Notes under the pieces: generated by a model
Databases searched by the model: none
Told to the model about the DNA's origin: nothing
What the model saw: the letters and a program-made list of their open reading frames with translations, nothing else
Translations under genes and position numbers: made by a program
Source: Leptospira interrogans serovar Manilae
GTDB lineage: Bacteria; Spirochaetota; Leptospiria; Leptospirales; Leptospiraceae
NCBI GenBank assembly: GCA_945887855.1
Contig: CAMCZP010000011.1
Location: 2,466 to 66,465, forward strand
Reading direction: 5' to 3'
Length of the DNA: 64,000 nt
In this document: piece by piece, positions 10,399-18,249 of the stretch
Layout: the number at the start of each line of letters is the position of its first letter
Position numbering within the stretch: the stretch's first letter is position 1

Positions 10399-10857
10399 AT
10401 GAAAACTATATATAATCAAATTCTACTCTTTACTATTTTATCTTCACTTTATTTTTGTTCCAAGTCAAATGATTCAAAATCAGAACTACAAGAAAAACAA
10501 ATCCTATTTGGAGTATTAAGTACTACAAATTCTAGTAGTTCAACTACTAGTTCTGGTTGTCCCAAACCAAGTATCACTTGTTCTGGAAGTAATAATATAA
10601 CTACTTTCACAAATCTCAAATCAATACTAAGTACTACTTATGATACTAAGGGAGACTGTGCTAGATCAGGATGTCACAATGGATCAGCCCAATTTGATTT
10701 AACCTCATACTCTACCACAGTAAATTTCGTAAGAGCGGGTGTTCCCGAGTGCAGTAATTTATTTTTAAAAGTTTATTCAGGCTCTATGCTGACCTATTCC
10801 AATTCTACAATTCATGAGGCTATCTACTGTTGGATTTTAAATGGAGCTAAAGAGTAG
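10399..10857 (+). CDS. Lipoprotein with a Planctomycete-type cytochrome-c-like (PSCyt1-like) domain
   Basis: 152 aa with lipobox LYFC and a Ser/Thr-rich linker. The C-terminal domain is CARSGCHNG..FDLTSY..VRAGVPECSNLFLKV..GSM....IHEAIYCWILNGA, which resembles the PSCyt1 pattern. Confidence 0.5.
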   Translation: MKTIYNQILLFTILSSLYFCSKSNDSKSELQEKQILFGVLSTTNSSSSTTSSGCPKPSITCSGSNNITTFTNLKSILSTTYDTKGDCARSGCHNGSAQFDLTSYSTTVNFVRAGVPECSNLFLKVYSGSMLTYSNSTIHEAIYCWILNGAKE

Positions 10858-10997
10858 GTTAGCCATCCAAATCCTTTAGAAATGGATACTCATTCAGGTA
10901 CAGCGGAAATTTTTTGCCTATTGCTGCAATACTCTTTATAAATATTAAAAAATGATTTACAATGCTTTTAAATAGTCCTTAATTGAGGTAGTTACTT

Positions 10998-11813
10998 ATG
11001 AAAGAGTCAATTGAATCACAAAATAATTTAATTTGGTTTTTAAAACACTATTTCCGTTACAATATTATAGGGTTAGAAAAATTAAAACCATTCTATGTAG
11101 AAAAAAAACCTTTTTTGCTAGTGGGTAACCACAGTATTAATTTTATAGATCCCCTTCTCTTAATACACTCCTGCTATGATTCGTACCACTTGGCACCACA
11201 TCCTATAGGATATACTAAATTTTTTTCTGAAAATCCTATTTTAAATTCTTTTTCAGAACTCTATAATATAATAAATTTTAAGGACTACAAAAGAGCTAGT
11301 AGTACGATAAAAAATAATATTCCTATTCTCGTTTATCCAGGTGGATTAGAGGAAGGTCTGCTTAGAAATTTTAAGGAAGAACCCTATAAACTTAAATGGG
11401 AAAGGAACAGTGCAATTTCTAGGTTTATAAATAAATTTGATCTTCCGGTATTTTTTATAGCATCCATAGGAACGGATGAACTTGTAACACAAAGTAATAC
11501 AGTAAAAATGCCATCTATTACTCGAAAAATACTCCGTATGGCAGATGATGTTTTTGATCAGGCACTTCAAATGTGGACTGTAGCAATTCATCCTCCTATA
11601 AAAATAACTCACATCATTACAGATCCAATTTATCCGAATGAATTTATTGAAAAAACGATTAATAAACTTAACTCAGATAGATCCACTAAAAACTTACAGA
11701 CCATTTGCCAAAATCGACTCGATACATTTATTGCAGAAAGAGAAATTTACCAGGATGAGATTGGAGTATTCATAAATAAATTCATCCAAGAGGGAAAAAA
11801 TTTAGGACTTTGA
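10998..11813 (+). CDS. Acyltransferase (lysophospholipid acyltransferase superfamily-like)
   Basis: 271 aa. GNHSINFID resembles the NHxxxxD acyltransferase block, and VYPGGLEEG resembles the PEG block. Confidence 0.5.
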   Translation: MKESIESQNNLIWFLKHYFRYNIIGLEKLKPFYVEKKPFLLVGNHSINFIDPLLLIHSCYDSYHLAPHPIGYTKFFSENPILNSFSELYNIINFKDYKRASSTIKNNIPILVYPGGLEEGLLRNFKEEPYKLKWERNSAISRFINKFDLPVFFIASIGTDELVTQSNTVKMPSITRKILRMADDVFDQALQMWTVAIHPPIKITHIITDPIYPNEFIEKTINKLNSDRSTKNLQTICQNRLDTFIAEREIYQDEIGVFINKFIQEGKNLGL

Positions 11814-11847
11814 GAAAATATACCTATACCCGTATAAGTATATTTTC
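11814..11847 (+). terminator. Intrinsic terminator after the acyltransferase gene
   Basis: 16-bp arms GAAAATATACCTATAC / GTATAAGTATATTTTC with a single mismatch, starting 1 nt after the stop codon and followed by TT..CTTTT. Confidence 0.6.
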
Positions 11848-11989
11848 TTGACTTTTAGGAAGGATTTTTTAGACTGGGTAAAAAATCAAGTTAGATCATT
11901 TGCTTTCATGAATCTAAAAAAGCCATTTGGTCTGACTATTTAGAAAATTACCAATAAATTAAAGGGGTTCATCCAAAGAGGGGCGCATT

Positions 11990-13651
11990 ATGGGAAAAAA
12001 AATAATAATTATTGGGGGAGTAGCAGCAGGTGCAACTGCTGCCGCCAAGATAAGAAGATTATCAGAATCTGCAGAAATCACTCTTATCGAGAGAGGACCA
12101 TATGTTTCCTACGCCAATTGTGGATTACCATACTTCATATCCGGTGATATAACAAATCGCTCCAAACTTTTACTCCAAACCCCGGAGGGATTTTTAAAGA
12201 GATACAATGTAAACGTTTTAATTGAAACAGAAGCATTGGAAATCAATCGAAAAGATAAAAAAATTAAAATCAGAAATAAAAATGGAGAAGCATTTTTAGA
12301 GTATGACAAATTAATTCTTTCCCAGGGAGGAAATCCAATTTTTCCGAATATGCCCGGATCTACCTCAGAACATGTTTTTAAGCTTTGGACTGTTCCTGAT
12401 ATGGATAGAATTCATTCATTTATTGAAGATCATAAGCCCAAAACAGCTGTGGTGGTTGGAGGAGGATTTATTGGATTAGAAATGGCAGAGGCATTTCACG
12501 CAAGACATATGAAAACAACCATAGTTGAAATGGCACCTCACGTTATGTCTACTATGGATCCAGAATTTGGAAAATTGATAGAACAAAAGCTCGTTGAAAA
12601 TGATATGGGAGTGATCACGGGTGTGGGGGTAAAAGGAGTTTTAGAGAGCACTAATGAAGTAGAACTGAGTGATGGTCGAAAAATTCCTGCAGATCTAGTA
12701 TTATTTTCAGTGGGGGTAAAACCTGAGCTCTCTCTCGCAAAAGATTCTGGATTGGAAATTGGTAACACAGGAGGACTTTTGGTAAATAAATTTCTCCAAA
12801 CATCAGATCCATTTATCTATGCTGCTGGTGATATTTTGGAAATCACAAATAAAATTTCAGATAAAAAAGTTAGGATTCCCCTGGCTGGACCTGCAAATAG
12901 ACAGGGGAGAATTGTAGCAGATAATGTAGTACATAATAATACTACTCCATACAATGGTGCACTTGGAACGAGTGTTGTCAAGATATTAGATGCCACTGCG
13001 GCAATTACGGGTATTACTGAAAAATTAGCAAGGGATTTGGGATTTGATGTGGACATAGTTTATATCCACAAAGAACACCATGCCTCGTACTATCCAGGTG
13101 CACAAATGATCCACATGAAGTTAATTTTTGATAAAAAAAATTCAAAAATATTAGGAGCACAAGCATTCGGTAGAAATGGAGTGGATAAGAGAATTGATGT
13201 GATAGCAGTTGCAATACATGCAAATTTAAAAGTAGAAGATCTTACAGAGCTGGATTTAGCCTATGCCCCACCCTACTCCAGTGCAAACGATCCTATTAAT
13301 ATGATAGCTTTTGTGGCACAAAATTCACTTACAGGATTTAGTCCTACTATCACACCTAAAGAAGCTATCGAAAAAATAAAACTTGGAGATGCTATCTTAA
13401 TTGACGTGAGAACACCGGATGAATTTAAAAAAGGTCATGTAAAATCATCTCTCAACATACCCGTAGATGACTTACGCTCTAGGCTAAAAGAATTAGATTC
13501 AGAAAAGGAATACTTTGTAACATGTCGAGTTGGGTACAGAGGACACTTAGCAAATAGAATATTAATCGAAAATAACTTCAAGAAAGTAAAAAATATAACC
13601 GGTGGGTACCTTTCTATCCAATTAGAAGGTGGATACGTAGAGGAGTTTTAA
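11990..13651 (+). CDS. CoA-disulfide reductase / NADH-dependent persulfide reductase with C-terminal rhodanese domain (CoADR-RHD)
   Basis: 553 aa. Motifs: FAD GGVAAGATAA, redox Cys SYANCGLPY, second dinucleotide fold VVGGGFIGLE, and a C-terminal rhodanese active-site loop CRVGYRG. Confidence 0.85.
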   Translation: MGKKIIIIGGVAAGATAAAKIRRLSESAEITLIERGPYVSYANCGLPYFISGDITNRSKLLLQTPEGFLKRYNVNVLIETEALEINRKDKKIKIRNKNGEAFLEYDKLILSQGGNPIFPNMPGSTSEHVFKLWTVPDMDRIHSFIEDHKPKTAVVVGGGFIGLEMAEAFHARHMKTTIVEMAPHVMSTMDPEFGKLIEQKLVENDMGVITGVGVKGVLESTNEVELSDGRKIPADLVLFSVGVKPELSLAKDSGLEIGNTGGLLVNKFLQTSDPFIYAAGDILEITNKISDKKVRIPLAGPANRQGRIVADNVVHNNTTPYNGALGTSVVKILDATAAITGITEKLARDLGFDVDIVYIHKEHHASYYPGAQMIHMKLIFDKKNSKILGAQAFGRNGVDKRIDVIAVAIHANLKVEDLTELDLAYAPPYSSANDPINMIAFVAQNSLTGFSPTITPKEAIEKIKLGDAILIDVRTPDEFKKGHVKSSLNIPVDDLRSRLKELDSEKEYFVTCRVGYRGHLANRILIENNFKKVKNITGGYLSIQLEGGYVEEF

Positions 13652-14151
13652 AAAGATTTTCTACCCCCCAATGGTACTACAATTACTGTATAACAGGTTT
13701 CATCTAAACCTGTTACACATTGGATATAAAGCTGGACGGGAATATTTTCCCCTGTGATTAATAGAATTTTTTTTGATGTACTTATAGCACCAATTTCTCC
13801 AAGTAAATCTTGCTTTTCTCTTTCAGTGAGCGGCTCTGGAAAAATTTGAGAAATCTGCTTTCCAATCAAATAATCAATTGTAAAATCAGTTAGAGTTAAG
13901 AATTGATCGGATGCAAAGACAATCCTATAGTCCTGATTCAGAATAAGTAAATTAAAATTTAGAGCCTTAAAAGAATCAATGAGTGCTCTAATATCTGAAT
14001 TGATTTCAGAAAGGATGGCAGAATCTACCTTTTCTTCTTCCCACTCTGCGGCTTCTATTATATCCATTTTTGTTTTTTCAAACACAATAGGTTTTTTGTG
14101 CTGGGAACCATTTCTAAAAAATGATGAAAACTTTTTAAAAAAATTACTCAT
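13648..14151 (-). CDS. PAS-like domain protein
   Basis: 167 aa. LLILNQDYRIVFASDQFLTLTDFTIDYLIGKQISQIFP resembles a PAS core. It starts directly after the upstream permease stop. Confidence 0.4.
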   Translation of the reverse strand: MSNFFKKFSSFFRNGSQHKKPIVFEKTKMDIIEAAEWEEEKVDSAILSEINSDIRALIDSFKALNFNLLILNQDYRIVFASDQFLTLTDFTIDYLIGKQISQIFPEPLTEREKQDLLGEIGAISTSKKILLITGENIPVQLYIQCVTGLDETCYTVIVVPLGGRKSF

Positions 14152-14979
14152 TTATCCCCCAGCAGACTCATAGGCATCCTGACCAATTTTCCATATATAA
14201 AGGGAAAACATATATAAAACCACACCCACTGGAAAAGTAGAATAAATAAATATTGGATGGAACATATCGCCTGTAGATTTATTTAAAAAAAAGTGAGCTG
14301 GATAAAAATTGATAAAACCTAAGGGAATTAGAAAAGTTAATAAGAACTTTACACCTCCTGAATATATATTCAAAGGATATAATAAAAATTCCCTAGAAGA
14401 GTAAACAAAGAGATGCACCAATGAATTATTATTTATAGCCCAAAAAGCAATCGCTGCAATGATAATTCGAATACCAGCGAGAATTAAGCTTCCACCAAGT
14501 ACTACAAGTATGAACATTGAAATATTTATAAATCCCCAATGTATTTCTAAAAATGAATTTGCAACTATAAATGAACCTACACCCAAAATAATATGTGCAA
14601 CACCTGTGATCTCAAAGCCATTCATAATTACATGAATAAGAGGTGAAAGAGGACGGACCAAAATTCTATCATAATTTCCGTCTCGGACCTGAGTGCTAAA
14701 ATCTACCAGTCCACTGTATAAACTTGCAACCAGTCCCTGTGAGAGAATTAATAAGCTATACAAAAAAGCCATCTCTCCCATTGACCACCCACCTATAGAT
14801 TTAAACTTCTGTACTACTACTCCAATAGTAAGTAATTGAGCCATATAAAATAAGATCAGAACAAAGAAAAATATCAAAAAGCTACCACGATATTCCATTC
14901 TAGATTTTACTGCTGCAGTAGCCAATCTAAGATATATATAAAGCTTATCTGAAAATAATAATTTATTATCCACCTGCAA
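14152..14979 (-). CDS. ABC-2 family permease (DUF990-like)
   Basis: 275 aa with about 6 predicted TM segments. Operon position downstream of an ABC ATPase and a paralogous permease. Confidence 0.6.
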   Translation of the reverse strand: MQVDNKLLFSDKLYIYLRLATAAVKSRMEYRGSFLIFFFVLILFYMAQLLTIGVVVQKFKSIGGWSMGEMAFLYSLLILSQGLVASLYSGLVDFSTQVRDGNYDRILVRPLSPLIHVIMNGFEITGVAHIILGVGSFIVANSFLEIHWGFINISMFILVVLGGSLILAGIRIIIAAIAFWAINNNSLVHLFVYSSREFLLYPLNIYSGGVKFLLTFLIPLGFINFYPAHFFLNKSTGDMFHPIFIYSTFPVGVVLYMFSLYIWKIGQDAYESAGG

Positions 14980-15769
14980 ACTCCATTTTTTTTATTCCTG
15001 AATTGTAAATTAATAATGCTAAAGAACCCACACAAAATGTTTGAATGAGATAACGGATCAATAATTCATTGTACGAAAATGACAATGGCGTACCCAATAA
15101 TAGTGCAGTTGGATAATAATAAAGATATGGATACGGAGTCCAGCTAATCATTCCAATAAGTGATTCAGGAAACATAGTAATTGGTATCACAGCTCCTGAC
15201 AACAATGTAATTAATGCACTATTTAAGATATAAAAACTAAAAACTTCGGTAAAATAAAAAGCAAGCGAAGAAATTAAAAAACCAAATGATAAAAAAAGTA
15301 AAAAAGAAAAAAGATATGCAGGAAGAAATTGTAGTATTTTATATATGTTTACATCAAGATTTACTCCAAAGAAGAAAATGGAAAAAAGTAGCAAAGGTAT
15401 AGCTCTTGCAAAAAGTTGAAATACACTTACGCCTAGACTATCAGAAATATACATTATAGGAATACTATATGGCTTTAAAATATCATAAGCAATATCACCA
15501 TTTTTTATCTTATTAATTAAAAGGTATTCGTTTCTTCCGTAAGAAACTTTAATAAGAGTGGAAAGTATTGCATAATTTACTAAAGCATCTCCTGTCCATG
15601 CACCTAACGCCCCAGGACTCTCTAATGCTACAGTTCTCCATACACTTGTAAAAATAAATATATATAAAAAAGCATTTGCAAGTCCAGTATAGTACTCTAG
15701 CTTATATGCAATGGATCTCTGAAATGCCTTTGAGATAAATTTAATATGAGTTTCAAAAAAATGTGTCAT
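14966..15769 (-). CDS. ABC-2 family permease (DUF990-like)
   Basis: 267 aa, polytopic. ATGA overlap with the ATPase gene at 15766-15769. Confidence 0.6.
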   Translation of the reverse strand: MTHFFETHIKFISKAFQRSIAYKLEYYTGLANAFLYIFIFTSVWRTVALESPGALGAWTGDALVNYAILSTLIKVSYGRNEYLLINKIKNGDIAYDILKPYSIPIMYISDSLGVSVFQLFARAIPLLLFSIFFFGVNLDVNIYKILQFLPAYLFSFLLFLSFGFLISSLAFYFTEVFSFYILNSALITLLSGAVIPITMFPESLIGMISWTPYPYLYYYPTALLLGTPLSFSYNELLIRYLIQTFCVGSLALLIYNSGIKKMEFAGG

Positions 15770-16752
15770 ATATCATTCCTACCTTCATACATTTTCTTAA
15801 TTGCTTCCCCTAACTCAGGTTTTTCTCTATTGATTTCTTGGATTAGATAATTATTTTTTTGGAAAATTTCAATTAATTTTGAAAGGGGTTCCTCATCAGG
15901 AATTCTCAATACATACTGAAATTCTGAAAGTTTTTGGGTTATAATATAAGGCTTGGGTAAAACTAAATTTTTAATAGGCTCCTGAAAATGAACACTCACC
16001 AAAGACTCGTTTCCAACCAATTTATTAAAATTAGCAATTCCCCCATCATAACCAATTTTTCCCCTATCTATAATAATTATACGTCTAGCTAAAAATTCAA
16101 TATCCTGTATGTCGTGGGTTGTTAGTATAATTGTAACTTTGTCATTTTCATTTATACTTCGAATAAATGATCTAACTTTTTCTTTGACCAATAAATCTAA
16201 TCCTATTGTGGGTTCGTCTAAAAATAAAACTTTTGGAGAATGGAGTAAGCTTGCAGCAAGATCTGCTTTCATCCTCTGTCCCAGAGATAATTTGCGGGCT
16301 TGTTGCTTCATAAATTCATGAATCCCTAACAAATCAGAAAAAAATTCTATTTTTTTATCATATATTTTTTTATCAATTTTATATATAGAGCGCAATAGAT
16401 CTAACGATTCTTCCACTGGAAGATCCATCCATAATTGAGATCTCTGACCAAATACCACTCCAATTTGAAAAGCATTTTTGGATCTTTCATATGATGGGTC
16501 AATTCCGTTTACTAAAATTTGCCCTGCACTGGGTTTTAGGATTCCAGTAAGCATTTTAATGGTGGTAGACTTACCTGCTCCATTTTGTCCAATGTAACCC
16601 ACCAACTCACCTGGCTGTATCTGAAAAGAAATATCATCTACAGCCTTGATTGTATCTTCCTCGCTATGAATGAGAGATTTTAATGAACCAAGAAAACCAC
16701 TTTTTCTTTTTTTTATAATAAAATATTTACTTAGATTTTTTACTTCTATCAT
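15766..16752 (-). CDS. ABC transporter ATP-binding protein
   Basis: Walker A GQNGAGKST, signature LSLGQRMK, Walker B LFLDEPT. I place the start at MIEVKNL (16752), preceded by GGAGAAAGA, not at the tracked 16830, which overlaps the upstream ORF. Confidence 0.9.
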   Translation of the reverse strand: MIEVKNLSKYFIIKKRKSGFLGSLKSLIHSEEDTIKAVDDISFQIQPGELVGYIGQNGAGKSTTIKMLTGILKPSAGQILVNGIDPSYERSKNAFQIGVVFGQRSQLWMDLPVEESLDLLRSIYKIDKKIYDKKIEFFSDLLGIHEFMKQQARKLSLGQRMKADLAASLLHSPKVLFLDEPTIGLDLLVKEKVRSFIRSINENDKVTIILTTHDIQDIEFLARRIIIIDRGKIGYDGGIANFNKLVGNESLVSVHFQEPIKNLVLPKPYIITQKLSEFQYVLRIPDEEPLSKLIEIFQKNNYLIQEINREKPELGEAIKKMYEGRNDI

Positions 16753-16777
16753 TCTTTCTCCATAAAAGGGTTCAATT

Positions 16778-17548
16778 TTATATATCGTCCTCGAGTATAT
16801 CCAGTGTGGTGAAGCCCAAAAGAAAATCAACTAACTCAGAAAAATTAATACCAATCCGAAATCCGTAGTACATACTAAAAAATATTTCTACTTGGTATTT
16901 GTACTCACTTGGATAACCATTTGGTTTTTTAGACTCAACTGGTATGTAAGCCAATAGAGCAGGATTAGTATTTTTCTTTAATAATGATTCTACTATAATT
17001 TTTTTAGATTTTTCTTTATTTCTCTTTTGTCTTTCTTTGGGAGGATCTGAGAAAATTTTTAAATACTTTACATTATAACTTTTTAAATTATCCCTATCCA
17101 ATTCGGTTTGAATCACAGTATCTTCTTTTATTGGATCACCATTTTCAGACAACTTAGGATTCCCAGAAAAAAATGTTTCTCCTCCTAAAAATCCAAATAC
17201 CAATTGTTGGGATGTATATTTTGAAAAATTTCCCCCACGTAGTCCATACCCTTCTCCTTTATCTAGTTTTCCTGGAGCAGTTTCACCGCCCTGGAAATAA
17301 AATCCAATAGGGACTACACTTATTCTCAAACCCAATCCATACCCGGGCTTTTCCAACCCCAAGGTTACAACATCTTGAAGATCTTTTTTTCTATATTGTA
17401 AATACGTACTACAATTTTGAAATATAAAAATAATAAGTACAAAAAGTAAATATGAAAAGAATCTTTTAAAAATTATTTTCATCCAATTTAAAAATAAAAA
17501 TGTACTACATTTTTTAAAATTTAATATATAATAAAAGGTTTTTCTCAT
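16778..17548 (-). CDS. Hypothetical lipoprotein
   Basis: The ORF is 256 aa. The likely true start is MKIIFKRF at 17482, giving a signal peptide that ends FQNC. Gly-rich middle and Lys-rich segment. Confidence 0.45.
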   Translation of the reverse strand: MRKTFYYILNFKKCSTFLFLNWMKIIFKRFFSYLLFVLIIFIFQNCSTYLQYRKKDLQDVVTLGLEKPGYGLGLRISVVPIGFYFQGGETAPGKLDKGEGYGLRGGNFSKYTSQQLVFGFLGGETFFSGNPKLSENGDPIKEDTVIQTELDRDNLKSYNVKYLKIFSDPPKERQKRNKEKSKKIIVESLLKKNTNPALLAYIPVESKKPNGYPSEYKYQVEIFFSMYYGFRIGINFSELVDFLLGFTTLDILEDDI

Positions 17549-17553
17549 TGCAT

Positions 17554-18249
17554 CTAATATAAATACTTATGTGTTAAGTTTGCCTCTTCAATACCTTTTT
17601 TTCTTAGCAGACAACTATCACATTCACCACATGGTTTACTTCCCTTTGGATCATAACACGAATGGGTGAGATTTATGGGAACTTTTAACTTTTCACCTAA
17701 TTCAATGATTTCTTTTTTGGAGAGATTTAATAATGGTGTAGTAATTTTAATTTCACCGGTATCTGTACCACGTATTCCAAGATTTATAGTAGTTTGAAAT
17801 GATTGAATAAATTTTGGTCTACAATCAGGATAACCAGAGTAATCTAAAGCATTTACACCAATAAAAATATTACCAATATTTCTACTTTCAGCAAAGGAAA
17901 CAGCATAGGATAAAAATAATATATTTCTACCAGGAACGTAAGTATTAGGTAGCTTTTTCTTTTGAAGAGATTTTTTGGGTACTGATATACTTTGATCTGT
18001 AAGAGAACTACCAAGAAAGATATTTGAATTTATTTTTATAATGGAGTGCTTAACACCCATTATTTTTGCAATTTTTTTTGCACGACTCAGTTCAATTTTA
18101 TGCCGTTGGCCATAATCAAATGAAATCGCTTCTACTGATTTGTACTTGGTCAAAGCCAAATATAAACAAACTGTAGAATCTAAACCGCCAGATAAGATAA
18201 TAAGTGCTTTATTTGATGCTAAGTCTTTTGGCATCTCTAGGTGATACAT
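17554..18249 (-). CDS. queC: 7-cyano-7-deazaguanine synthase
   Basis: 231 aa. PP-loop LSGGLDST and C-terminal zinc motif CGECDSCLLRKKG. Confidence 0.9.
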   Translation of the reverse strand: MYHLEMPKDLASNKALIILSGGLDSTVCLYLALTKYKSVEAISFDYGQRHKIELSRAKKIAKIMGVKHSIIKINSNIFLGSSLTDQSISVPKKSLQKKKLPNTYVPGRNILFLSYAVSFAESRNIGNIFIGVNALDYSGYPDCRPKFIQSFQTTINLGIRGTDTGEIKITTPLLNLSKKEIIELGEKLKVPINLTHSCYDPKGSKPCGECDSCLLRKKGIEEANLTHKYLY

